In this document: positions 1 through 8,832 of the stretch, in pieces
How positions within the stretch are numbered: the first letter of the stretch is position 1
How the letters are laid out: each line of letters begins with the position of its first letter
Assembly (NCBI GenBank): GCA_014361445.1
Contig: JACIVQ010000004.1
Coordinates: 1-49,489 of the forward strand
Source: Methanosuratincolales archaeon
GTDB lineage: Archaea > Thermoproteota > Methanomethylicia > Methanomethylicales > Methanomethylicaceae
Reading direction: 5' to 3'
Length of the DNA stretch: 49,489 nucleotides
Translations under genes and position numbers: made by a program
The notes under the pieces: model-generated
Database searches by the model: none
Told to the model about the DNA's origin: nothing
Seen by the model: the letters and a program-made list of their open reading frames with translations, nothing else

Positions 1-226
1 TTCCATCTCTTTTTGAGGCTCCAAAGCTTTCCCCTCCAGAATATTTGAAAAGTGTCAAACCAACCCCTTATATAAATACCGCAAGAAAACTCGTTTTTAA
101 CCATGGGATCAAGTGCGGTCAGGCTCAAATACCCCTGTTTATAAACACATCAATCCTCACAATGGATTTAGGCGAACGTCTTTGCCGCGCGCTTTTCGGA
201 AGTCACTACTGGTCCATTAGTGTATT

Positions 227-718
227 TTTGGCGGTTCCTGCCTACCAAAAGATACAAAAGCGCTAGTCGCCCTAGCCAAGCACTTAAACCTCAAACCCAA
301 GATTCTAAAGGCTACATTAGAGACCAACGAAGAACAGCCAATAATAGCAATAAGCCTCGCAGAAAAACATCCGGGGTCTCTCAAGGGTAAAAAAATAGGC
401 ATCCTTGGTCTATCATTTAAACCCAAATACCGACAACATAAGGGAAGCAAGATCTATAATCATCATAAAAGAGCTGCTGAATAAAGGCGCATTCATTCAT
501 GCACATGATCCAAAATCCATAGAAAATATGCAGAAAATCTTTCCAAACATAACTTACGTCGACAAACCCGCAAAAATTGATCGACATAAGCGACGCAATA
601 ATCATTACCACAGAATGGTCCGAATATGAGAACCTAAACTATCAAGATCGTTATCGACGGCAGAAGAGTAAAAAAAGCAGAAAAAGAAGCCAAAGTATAT
701 GAAGGCTTATGCTGGTAA
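227..718 (+). pseudogene. UDP-glucose/GDP-mannose dehydrogenase family pseudogene (C-terminal half, frameshifted)
   Basis: Manual translation gives FGGSCLPKDTKAL...LKGKKIGILGLSFKP, a frameshift near 425, then NTDNIREA...HDPK, further shifts, IITTEWSEY...VIDGRR...YEGLCW*. The N-terminal Rossmann domain is missing. Confidence 0.85.
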
Positions 719-867
719 ATGCCCAAACAATAACAAAACCCAGATGATAATCACACATAATTTTTGAATAGAATAATGCTCAACCCGCATATATTAAAAC
801 AACTTAAGCGGACACGCCAGCCCTGATAAAGCGAATTAACCTTCAGCCTTTGTTAAATATTAGAATG

Positions 868-903
868 AAAAGTTTACCCATTTATGGTAAAACTTTTATA
901 ATA
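868..903 (+). promoter_or_regulatory. Imperfect inverted repeat overlapping a TATA box upstream of the AAA ATPase
   Basis: aaaagtttacccat-tt-atggtaaaactttt (868-897) runs into ttttataata (894-903), about 20 nt before ATG 924; transcript probably leaderless. Confidence 0.5.
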
Positions 904-923
904 AGTTTCCCCCTTAATAAGTC

Positions 924-2201
924 ATGGAATTGAGAGAATACCTCTTAACCAAAAAAGAGGACATAAAAACCTTAGAGGTGAAGGAAAGGCTAAGAGAGGT
1001 TAAAGAGAACAAAAATTTCATCATAGCCGTTGTTGGTCCTCGGAGAGCCGGAAAAACCTATTTCCTCTACAGCCTAATCAAGAGAAGGGATCTAAAGGAC
1101 GAGGACTACCTCTTCGTGAACTTCGAGGAAAACGTCGCAATAAAAGATCCCGTTGAGTTGCCCATAATCCATCAGGAAATTTATGGGAGGCTGCCCGAAT
1201 ACCTTTTCTTCGACGAAATCCAAGCCCTGAACAACTGGCAAAAAGCCGTATACACGCTTTATGAAAAGAAGAGGTACTACATTTTCATAACAGGCTCCTC
1301 CTCAAAACTCTTAAGCAGAGAAATCGCAACGCAGCTGCGTGGGCGAGCGGTTACAGTGAAAATTCACCCATTCTCCTTCGCGGAAATCCTGTCACTAGAA
1401 AATATAGAGCGGAAAAACTATTACTCAGCCTACGAGATTGGACGAATAAAAAACATTGCCAGAAATTATGTTGAGAGGGGCGGCTTCCCAGACATCGTGT
1501 TGGGACATGTGGCACCTTCAACATTCTTCAGCGACTATCTAGACCTAATAGTCTACAAGGACATCATCGAAAGGTACGGGATCAAAAACAGATACGCCTT
1601 GGACTATACCATAAAAGTGGTGCTATCCTCCTTCACCAAAATATTTTCAGTAAACAAAACCTATGCCACCCTCAAATCGACGGGCGTTAAAGTGAGCAAG
1701 AAAACCCTATACAGCTTCCAGAAGATCCTCGAAGACATTGGATTCGCAGTATTCCTAAAAAGAATCGGCAAAAGCCTTAGGAAAACCGAGCTCACCCTGC
1801 CAAAGGCATACCTCGCCGACAACGGAGTTTTCCGGTTCACAGAACACAAGCTGGACATGGGGAAACTATTAGAAAACGCTGTATTGCAAGAACTATGCAA
1901 GATCGGCCTCGAACCGAACAAGCAGATCTTCTACTGGAGGGACAACACAGGCAAAGAAGTCGACTTCGTAATCCAAGAAGATGGGCCTAAACAACTGATT
2001 CAAGTAGTCTATGCTTCAGATAAAGGCGAGATCGAAAAGAGGGAAATCGAATCACTTCTAAAAGCCAGTAGCCAACTTAACTGCAACAGCCTAACCATAA
2101 TCACATGGGACTACGAAGACGAATCCCAACACGAAAACAAGACCATAAAGTTCACACCCTTCTGGAAATGGGCGATAAACCTGCCAAATAGGCTTTTATA
2201 G
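924..2201 (+). CDS. AAA+ ATPase, AAA_14 plus DUF4143 family
   Basis: Walker A GPRRAGKT, Walker B FFDEIQ, ITGSSS, GGFP, C-terminal [22 protein letters not shown] nuclease-like domain. Confidence 0.9.
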   Translation: MELREYLLTKKEDIKTLEVKERLREVKENKNFIIAVVGPRRAGKTYFLYSLIKRRDLKDEDYLFVNFEENVAIKDPVELPIIHQEIYGRLPEYLFFDEIQALNNWQKAVYTLYEKKRYYIFITGSSSKLLSREIATQLRGRAVTVKIHPFSFAEILSLENIERKNYYSAYEIGRIKNIARNYVERGGFPDIVLGHVAPSTFFSDYLDLIVYKDIIERYGIKNRYALDYTIKVVLSSFTKIFSVNKTYATLKSTGVKVSKKTLYSFQKILEDIGFAVFLKRIGKSLRKTELTLPKAYLADNGVFRFTEHKLDMGKLLENAVLQELCKIGLEPNKQIFYWRDNTGKEVDFVIQEDGPKQLIQVVYASDKGEIEKREIESLLKASSQLNCNSLTIITWDYEDESQHENKTIKFTPFWKWAINLPNRLL

Positions 2202-2454
2202 ATGGCCGCTACAGCCATAAGCCTTAAAATGTTCATTCGGAGAAGCAAGACAGCACATTCAGTTGTGGCGATTGTCCTTTTTAGTCGCTATAATAGCCTC
2301 AACAAACGCAGTGACAAATTACTTGAGCCTTTAGGCTGAAACCCTTGCAGGACTAGTAAACCCGGCAGGGAACCTACATTATCTTAAGCGGAAACTCCTC
2401 AGCCATAACGGACGGTCAAATACTCATAAGCTTAGCCCAAAAGCCTGCTCTATG

Positions 2455-2728
2455 GGTAGCCTTTCCATAATGAGATCATTCTTATTACCTTGCCGTCTGA
2501 CTTGTCTCATCCTCATTTTTCCACTACCCGTTACCTAATTCTCTACATCCTTTAGCCAGGAATTCTGCCTCCTTATACCTAAAGTCTTTCCAGTAGTAGC
2601 CCTCGCCCAAAGCCCTCACATTTGTAAGCTCCGAAAGTTCTCTGAAGCCGCTGTTTTCCATGAACCTCCCGGTGTTTGCAAAGAACCTCGCAATCTTGAC
2701 CTGTGCCACAAAGGTAGACCTTCTTCGG
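2455..2728 (-). pseudogene. Remnant of a second AAA_14/DUF4143 ATPase (C-terminal fragment)
   Basis: Minus strand across frameshifts and stops: PKKVYLCGTG / NTGRFMEN..FREL / YYWKD..KEAEF / CRELG..*WKNEDE / DGKVIRMISLWK, collinear with the C-terminus of ORF 924-2201. Confidence 0.75.
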
Positions 2729-2759
2729 TCAGCTATTCGTGGTTATGGTTGGAAATTGT

Positions 2760-3152
2760 TTAAAGTGAAGAATGCTGCCAAGTCTTGCATAGTCGGGTTA
2801 TCTAACAGGGATTAATGGGCGGATAAAGGGTAAATACAAACCCTAGACACGATTCTGATCAACATCCCCTACTGCGCCTCACCAAAATGATCGAGTGCGG
2901 GTCTATAATCAGCGGCTTATCAATAATCTTAACGAGCGAAGCCTGCACATTGGTAACATACCACTTTTGATTTTCCGGAGGTAAGCGCCCAAGTCAAGGC
3001 TTGTTCGTCTGCGATTACTGTGACGAGTAAAGCGCTAATCTAAACGCAGCCACAAACATCACAAAACGAGGTGACGAACAATAAGCCTGTTTACAGTCAG
3101 CCCATAACTTATACGGCTAGGAGCTCCCCACTTTACTCGTGGAGTAGCTCAC
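2760..3152 (+). mobile_element. tnpB: Degenerate IS200/IS605-family element: tnpB 3' remnant and right end
   Basis: Fragments GYLTGI..RIKGK, LDTILINIPY/RLTKMIEC, GKRPSQGLFVCDYCDE*SANLNAATNITKRG (Zn ribbon and RuvC-III NADxNAAxNI); then ggagctccccactttactcgtggagtagcTCAC, resembling the subterminal hairpin and TCAC right end. Confidence 0.75.
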
Positions 3153-3526
3153 TCTCTTTCTTGCACTCGCTCTAGCTTCTCCCCAGCCCTCTTATCAATA
3201 GCCTTTATAGCTCTAAGCGCAAAATCCGCCTCCATCCTGTCAATATCATCCTCTAAGGTCCTCACGCCCAGAAGCTCATATTCCCTTAAAACTTCTCTGA
3301 TAGGCTTACCTTTCCTCTGTTCGACTTCCCTGATCTTCGCCAAAAAGTAACTCTTGACAAAACCTCCCATCTCTTGAACACATGCTGGCGGCTCCAAGTC
3401 AAGCTCCCTACAATGCTCGATAAGGGCTAGGCAGATCTCTGGATCTCTATCAGCAGGGCATCTGTCCTCGCAGTGCGCCCTTGCATAGGTTATTATTCTG
3501 ATCAAGTCTTTTTCACTTATATTCAA
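3149..3526 (-). CDS. Hypothetical Cys-rich protein (125 aa)
   Basis: TTG start preceded by GGAGTG; HCxxxC..C..C..PxC in the N-half and a helical charged C-half; no family recognised. Confidence 0.7.
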   Translation of the reverse strand: MNISEKDLIRIITYARAHCEDRCPADRDPEICLALIEHCRELDLEPPACVQEMGGFVKSYFLAKIREVEQRKGKPIREVLREYELLGVRTLEDDIDRMEADFALRAIKAIDKRAGEKLERVQERE

Positions 3527-3542
3527 TCAGATACACTCCTTT

Positions 3543-3611
3543 TTGGCCTCCGCACAGTTTTTTCTACATCGCCATAGGCTCTGCGAACTCGGCAAATTCA
3601 TCATTGGCCAA
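3543..3611 (-). ncRNA. Box C/D sRNA (2'-O-methylation guide) with a D' guide to 23S rRNA
   Basis: Minus strand: ttggcc-a-ATGATGA(C)-atttgccgagttcg-CAGA(D')-gcctatggc-gATGTAGA(C')-aaaaactgtg-CGGA(D)-ggccaa. Terminal stem present; guide is complementary to conserved archaeal 23S GAACUCGGCAAAU. Confidence 0.8.
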
Positions 3612-3612
3612 A

Positions 3613-3647
3613 TATCTCTATTGCGAGGATAGAGATAAATTTTATAG
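3613..3647. promoter_or_regulatory. Divergent promoter: shared TATA element and 9-bp inverted repeat
   Basis: ttttata at 3640-3646 reads as a TATA box on both strands, about 30 nt from the sRNA 5' end and 35 nt from ATG 3681; tatctctat-N7-atagagata at 3613-3637. Confidence 0.5.
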
Positions 3648-3680
3648 TCCCTGCTGTGAATTACCGATCGGGTGTTACTC

Positions 3681-3755
3681 ATGGGTGGCAGACAACGCAC
3701 TACGCTCCTGAACCCTGTCAGTAAAGAAGAGGAGAAGAAGAAAAAACAAGAGTAG
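3681..3755 (+). CDS. Putative 24-aa charged microprotein MGGRQRTTLLNPVSKEEEKKKKQE
   Basis: ATG with GGGTG Shine-Dalgarno upstream, TATA box upstream, stop 2 nt before the next gene; below the ORF-track cutoff. Confidence 0.5.
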   Translation: MGGRQRTTLLNPVSKEEEKKKKQE

Positions 3756-3757
3756 AA

Positions 3758-4597
3758 TTGATCATGGTTCCAAGGAGGCCCTACTCCTTAACAATTTGTT
3801 TACCCTCGTCGGTACTTTCCTTAGCGCATACGCTAGTGGAGAAGACGATGCTTGCGGGGCAGATCGCAAGGGCAGCCTCAATATACCGCGTTGACAATAT
3901 TGTGATCTACCTTGACAAGCCCTCAGCAAAAGACGATGCGATGCTAATGAAAGATATTTTGGCATATGCTGAAACCCCTCAATATCTAAGGCGTTACCTC
4001 TTCCCCCTCACAAAGAACCTTCGATACGCTGCTCTAGTCCCCCCTCTGCGGACCCCTCATCATCCCCTTTCTGGGGAGGACTCAAAATTTCGCGAAGGTT
4101 TTGTCCTAAAAAGTGGGGAGAAAGACTCGCTCGTGGATGTAGGGTTGCAAGAGCCTGTAAGGTGTCCAAGACCTTTGCCTTTAAACAGGCGCGTCTCCAT
4201 GAAGTACGTGGAAGGCACCTGGCTCCCTGCCTCAAGAGAGGAGATCCCATATTATTGGGGCTATCAAACTCAAATCGACCTGAAGGGACTAGGACACCAT
4301 CTTACGAATACAAACCATGACTATGTTATATCGACCTCGCGCCTTGGTGTTCCCGTAAGCCAAGTAGCCAAAGATATACGGGGTGCCCTCCTCAACAACC
4401 ATGACATCGTTATTCTATTCGGCTCCCCCGACGAGGGTCTTCATGAGATACTCCGTAAGTCCGGTCTCGATTTAGAGCAGGTCTCTGACTTGATTGTGAA
4501 CACAGTCCCCCACCAAGGGACCGAGACTGTGAGGACTGAGGAAGCGCTTTTGATCTCTCTCGCGGTCTTCACACTGATAGAGAATATGGATTTATAG
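3758..4597 (+). CDS. SPOUT-family RNA methyltransferase (DUF171/MTH1-like)
   Basis: GQIARAASIYRVD, YAETPQYLR, PPLRTPHH, YYWGY, FGSP, NTVPHQGTETVRTEEA; conserved position before rpl3. Confidence 0.9.
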   Translation: MIMVPRRPYSLTICLPSSVLSLAHTLVEKTMLAGQIARAASIYRVDNIVIYLDKPSAKDDAMLMKDILAYAETPQYLRRYLFPLTKNLRYAALVPPLRTPHHPLSGEDSKFREGFVLKSGEKDSLVDVGLQEPVRCPRPLPLNRRVSMKYVEGTWLPASREEIPYYWGYQTQIDLKGLGHHLTNTNHDYVISTSRLGVPVSQVAKDIRGALLNNHDIVILFGSPDEGLHEILRKSGLDLEQVSDLIVNTVPHQGTETVRTEEALLISLAVFTLIENMDL

Positions 4598-4695
4598 GGG
4601 TTCACAGATCGCTTTTTTTTTAAAATGAGACCCTCGAAAGGATAGAAATATATTTTAGTTATGCTGCTAATCACAAGCCAAAAGGGGAGATAATA

Positions 4696-5706
4696 ATGGG
4701 ACATAAGAGTAAGAGCGCGCCTAGAAGAGGCTCATTGATGTACTATCCTAGAGTAAGGGCCAGGCGCATTAGCGGAAGGATAAGGACTTGGCCCCATTTG
4801 GGCGGTCCTCCCCGGCTTTTGGGTTTTGCTGGTTATAAGGTTGGCACCACTCATCTTGTTATGGTCGAAAACCGGGCTAAGAGCCCATTATTTGGCAGAG
4901 AAGTAATTAGGGAAGTAACCGTAGTGGAGGTCCCTCCCCTCTTCATTTACGGATTTAGGGCGTATACAAAAACCCCGAAGGGTCTTAAAACACTAGGAGA
5001 GGTTCTTCACACGCCTCTACCGAAGTTTGCCGACCGAATACTTACTCCCCCAAAGAAGAATGACTTCTCAAAGATCCAGACGTTCATTGAAAACAACTTG
5101 AGTAAAGTTGTGGAGTTCCGGGTCTTGGCTCTAACCCAGCCACAAAAGAGCGGTCTTGGAAAGAAGACCCCTGAAGTCCTAGAGATTAAAGTAGGGGGAG
5201 ATGATGTTAAAGCAGCTTATGATTACGTTAAGGGGATCCTCGGAAAAGAGATCAGGGCAAAGGACTTCTTCGCAGAGGGTCAGTTGTTGGACGCCATATC
5301 AGTGACAAAGGGTAAAGGATTTGCGGGTGCTGTGAAGAGGTTTGGCGTCAAGATCCAACCAAACTGGCACAAACACAGGAAGGGCAAACGAGTTGTAGGT
5401 GCGATAAGCCCGTCCAGACCCCACATGATGTTCACTATCCCACGCCCAGGCAAGATGGGCTTCCATCAGCGAACAGAATACAACAAGTTGATCCTGAAGG
5501 TCGGCGAGAACCCTTCAGAGATCAACATAGCTGGAGGCTTTTTGCATTACGGTTTAGTCAAGAGCGACTATATCCTTGTCAGCGGGACCCTTCCAGGTCC
5601 ATCGAAGAGGCTGGTGCGGTTCAGATACCCCGTGAGGGCGAAAACCCCGAAGTTGGAGCCTCCCAAAATCCTGAGTGTGAGCCTCGCCTCAAAGCAGGGG
5701 GTGTAA
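4696..5706 (+). CDS. rpl3: 50S ribosomal protein uL3
   Basis: PRRGSL, GFAGYKVG, TKGKGF..VKRFG, GFHQRTEYNK. Confidence 0.98.
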   Translation: MGHKSKSAPRRGSLMYYPRVRARRISGRIRTWPHLGGPPRLLGFAGYKVGTTHLVMVENRAKSPLFGREVIREVTVVEVPPLFIYGFRAYTKTPKGLKTLGEVLHTPLPKFADRILTPPKKNDFSKIQTFIENNLSKVVEFRVLALTQPQKSGLGKKTPEVLEIKVGGDDVKAAYDYVKGILGKEIRAKDFFAEGQLLDAISVTKGKGFAGAVKRFGVKIQPNWHKHRKGKRVVGAISPSRPHMMFTIPRPGKMGFHQRTEYNKLILKVGENPSEINIAGGFLHYGLVKSDYILVSGTLPGPSKRLVRFRYPVRAKTPKLEPPKILSVSLASKQGV

Positions 5707-5709
5707 GCT

Positions 5710-6501
5710 TTGGAAATCGAAGTAATTGAGAAGCGCTCAGTTCCTGTATATTCCCTCGATGGGAGCATTAAGGGCGATGTAGAATTACCTAAAGTCTTCC
5801 TCGAGGAAGTCAGGCCAGACCTTATAAGGCGCGCATTCATATCTTCCCTCACCGCCAGGGTTCAACCCAAAGGGCGGGACCCGATGGCTGGAAAGCGGAC
5901 CAGCGCGGAGAGCCTGGGTGTAGGTCTGGACCTTGCGAGGGTTCCGCGGGTGAAGGGCGGTGGACCTGCCGCATTTGTACCGAATGTGGTCGGTGGAAGA
6001 CTGGCCTTCCCGCCAAGACCAGAAAAGATCTTTCACGAACGAATAAATGAAAAGGAGCGGACACTTGCTCTAAGATCTGCCATAGCTGCCACAGGCATCA
6101 GAGATCTTGTGACAAGCCGAGGGCACGTGATCAAAGAGAACATTCACCTTCCAATAGTGGTCTCAGACGAAGTGAAAAAATTAAAGAAAGCCTCTGAGTT
6201 CAGGGAGTTCCTCAAGAAAATTTCCCTGTGGGACGATGTCTTAAGGGCGAAAAATGGGATAAAAGAGCGCCCAGGGAAGGGGAAGTATAGGGGGAGGCGT
6301 TGGGTAAAACCCAAGACGATCTTATTGGTCACAGACGAGCTTAACCCTCCAGTGAGGCTAGCTGCGAGGAACTTCTCTGGTCTTGACTTCGCAGAGGTGA
6401 GCTCGTTGAACATAGAGAGGTTAGCTCCGGGCGGTCATCCTGGGCGATTAACAATATGGACTGAGTCTGCTCTAAAGAAGCTCGAGGAGATATTCGCATA
6501 A
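5710..6501 (+). CDS. rpl4: 50S ribosomal protein uL4
   Basis: RPDLIRRA, AGKRTSAES, RVPR, LAPGGHPGRLTIWT; TTG start. Confidence 0.97.
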   Translation: MEIEVIEKRSVPVYSLDGSIKGDVELPKVFLEEVRPDLIRRAFISSLTARVQPKGRDPMAGKRTSAESLGVGLDLARVPRVKGGGPAAFVPNVVGGRLAFPPRPEKIFHERINEKERTLALRSAIAATGIRDLVTSRGHVIKENIHLPIVVSDEVKKLKKASEFREFLKKISLWDDVLRAKNGIKERPGKGKYRGRRWVKPKTILLVTDELNPPVRLAARNFSGLDFAEVSSLNIERLAPGGHPGRLTIWTESALKKLEEIFA

Positions 6502-6512
6502 TGGTGGTTGCC

Positions 6513-6773
6513 ATGGATCCCACAGAAATTATAATAAGGCCTGTATCATCAGAATCTGCTCTAGACCGCCTAGAGAGGGAGAACAAACTCACTTTCATAG
6601 TCAGTAGCAAGTCCAATAAACAAGCCATTAAAGAGGCGTTCGAGAAGCTCTACGGCGTCAAAGTAAAATCTGTGAACACATGCATTACTACCTCAGGTGA
6701 GAAAAAGGCGATAATTAGGCTTGAAAAGGAGTACAGCGCATCAGAACTCGCAACAAAGATAGGTCTACTTTAG
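6513..6773 (+). CDS. rpl23: 50S ribosomal protein uL23
   Basis: ENKLTFIV, IKEAFEKLYGVKV..VNT, GEKKAIIRL; start chosen after GGTGG SD. Confidence 0.96.
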   Translation: MDPTEIIIRPVSSESALDRLERENKLTFIVSSKSNKQAIKEAFEKLYGVKVKSVNTCITTSGEKKAIIRLEKEYSASELATKIGLL

Positions 6774-6783
6774 GTGATGTAAA

Positions 6784-7506
6784 ATGGGAAAGAGACTCTT
6801 GGTTCAGAGAAGAGGGCGCGGAGGATCAGTATTTAAGTCTCCATCATGGAAGCGTGTTGGAGATGTGAAGTATCATCCCATATTGGAAGAGGAGCTGAAC
6901 TCATCTGTGGAATTTCAAGTTAAAGATATAGTCCATGATCCTGGAAGGGGCGCCCCTGTTGCTGTTTTAACAAACAATAAGGGTTTAAAGACGTTAATGG
7001 TGGCTCCTGAGGGCCTGTTCGTAGGTCAGAAGGTATACTTTGGCGCACAAGCCTCACCCAACGTAGGCAACGTCCTCCCCCTTAAGAGCATACCAGAAGG
7101 GACATTGGTCTGCAACATAGAGGGTCTGCCAGGTGACGGTGGGCGCTATGTGCGGTCCGCAGGGAGCTATGCAACTGTGGTTTCCCACTCGGGCGATTCT
7201 GTGATAGTCCAATTTCCGTCTGGCATGGTAAAGTCTTTCAGCGGATCATGCAGGGCTACTGTGGGTCTAGTTGCCGCCGGGGGTATTGTGGAGAAACCTC
7301 TGTTGAAGGCCGGAGCCAGTTACCACAAATACAGGTCGAAGTCAGTGAAATACCCGCGCGTTCGTGGCAAGGCTATGAGCCCATACGCTCATCCACACGG
7401 TGGTGGGAGCCATCCCAAGGGAGGCAGGCCTGTTAGCAGGACTGCGCCACCAGGTCAGAAAGTTGGAATGATCGCACCAAAGAGGACTGGAAGGAAGAAA
7501 AAGTGA
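6784..7506 (+). CDS. rpl2: 50S ribosomal protein uL2
   Basis: MGKR..QRRGRG, HDPGRGAP, PRVRGKAMSPYAHPHGGG. Confidence 0.98.
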   Translation: MGKRLLVQRRGRGGSVFKSPSWKRVGDVKYHPILEEELNSSVEFQVKDIVHDPGRGAPVAVLTNNKGLKTLMVAPEGLFVGQKVYFGAQASPNVGNVLPLKSIPEGTLVCNIEGLPGDGGRYVRSAGSYATVVSHSGDSVIVQFPSGMVKSFSGSCRATVGLVAAGGIVEKPLLKAGASYHKYRSKSVKYPRVRGKAMSPYAHPHGGGSHPKGGRPVSRTAPPGQKVGMIAPKRTGRKKK

Positions 7507-7521
7507 TAGAGGGGTGAGTTT

Positions 7522-7926
7522 ATGTCAAAGGAATTTACCTACCGGGGATATACAATCTCTCAACTTGCCAATATGCCAATGGACGAGTTCATTAAACTGC
7601 TTCCAAGTAGGCAGCGAAGGTCTCTAATGAGAGGTCTCAACCCCGAACAGAGAACTCTCTTCGAAAAAATACGTAAAGCTAAGCTCCTGGCAGCAAAGGG
7701 CAAAAAAGTAGTGATAAGGACTCACTGCCGTGACATGATAATCCTCCCAGAGATGGTAGGTCTGACAATATCCGTGCATAACGGTAAGGAGTTCGTCCCT
7801 GTCGAGATCATTCCGGAGATGATCGGTCGATACCTCGGAGAGTTTGCGATAACGACTGCCAAGGTCACACACGGTGCTCCTGGTTTGAAGGCTACCAGAA
7901 GTTCAATGTTCGTACCACTCAAGTGA
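7522..7926 (+). CDS. rps19: 30S ribosomal protein uS19
   Basis: [35 protein letters not shown]. Confidence 0.98.
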   Translation: MSKEFTYRGYTISQLANMPMDEFIKLLPSRQRRSLMRGLNPEQRTLFEKIRKAKLLAAKGKKVVIRTHCRDMIILPEMVGLTISVHNGKEFVPVEIIPEMIGRYLGEFAITTAKVTHGAPGLKATRSSMFVPLK

Positions 7927-7995
7927 TTTTTTCGAGCGGTCCATACATACACTTTTTCACTATGCTGCACACTTTTTTCGATCGGTCTATACATA
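7927..7995 (+). repeat. Two 23-nt direct repeats (period 46), each starting with an oligo-T tract
   Basis: ttttttcgagcggtccatacata (7927-7949) and ttttttcgatcggtctatacata (7973-7995), 2 mismatches. Confidence 0.8.
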
Positions 7996-8282
7996 AAAGT
8001 CTGCTCTATGATTCACAATTCTCTCTTATGATTGCTTTGCCCATAATTACTGGCAGTGCTTTGTCTGTTATCCCTGCTAAAAAGTAGGGGCATTGACAAC
8101 CGCCTTGAGTAAACACATGAAAATAAAAATGAAAATGGAAGCCTTCTCAAAACACTTCTCTTACCAAGGCGCAACTACAAATTGTTTTTGATCCCACAAC
8201 TTGCTCTACGAGTAGGACAAACAGTTAAACAACAAGGATCGCCGATACTAGTTTTTCGCATGTGAAAACTTTCAAACATTGT

Positions 8283-8298
8283 AAAAAACTTTTTATAT
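8283..8298 (+). promoter_or_regulatory. BRE/TATA promoter upstream of rpl22
   Basis: aaaaaac-tttttatat about 55 nt upstream of the start. Confidence 0.6.
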
Positions 8299-8352
8299 CC
8301 CTCCCAAGTTTTAAACTTGCGATTCGACCTATCATGATAAATTGGAAGTGGT

Positions 8353-8832
8353 ATGATGCCCGAATGGGGATATTCAACCTTGGAGTATGATCCTGACAAA
8401 ATGGCTAGGGCTAGTGGGAGGGACCTTCGCATTTCCCCAAAGGAGGCCAGAGAGATATGCAATGCTATAAGACACATGCGACTCGATGATGCTATAGAAT
8501 ATCTGAAGCGCGTGATCGACAAGAAGGAGGGGGTCCCCTATCGGAAGTTCAAAAGTAACGTTCCACATCACTCTGAGATAGCAAACAGATTTGGAATCCC
8601 CTCGGGCAGATATCCCGTCAAGGCTTGCTCTGAGATCCTCAAAGTGTTAGAGAACGCAAAGGCAAATGCCGAAAATAAGGGTCTCGACATAGAAAGTCTG
8701 CGCATCCGTCATGCATGCGCACAGGCTGCCATGAAGATAAGAAACTATATACCGCGCGCTTTCGGCAGAGCCACTCCTTTCTTCCATCCCTTGACCCACA
8801 TAGAAATTGTAGTTGAGGAGGTTGGCGCATGA
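8353..8832 (+). CDS. rpl22: 50S ribosomal protein uL22
   Basis: ISPKEAREIC, GRYPVKA, NAKANAENKGLD, PRAFGRA. Confidence 0.98.
   Translation: MMPEWGYSTLEYDPDKMARASGRDLRISPKEAREICNAIRHMRLDDAIEYLKRVIDKKEGVPYRKFKSNVPHHSEIANRFGIPSGRYPVKACSEILKVLENAKANAENKGLDIESLRIRHACAQAAMKIRNYIPRAFGRATPFFHPLTHIEIVVEEVGA

Noticed and set aside
1-75. Start of a minus-strand gene (TTG at 24, GGAGGGG SD, TATA near 68-77)
   Set aside because: Only 8 codons fall in the window; no product can be supported.
7927-7995. Possible mini CRISPR array
   Set aside because: Only two imperfect 23-nt units with a 23-nt spacer; no cas genes or typical repeat end.
8175-8522. 115-aa minus-strand ORF across the rps19-rpl22 spacer
   Set aside because: Half is antisense to rpl22; composition and signals are not gene-like.
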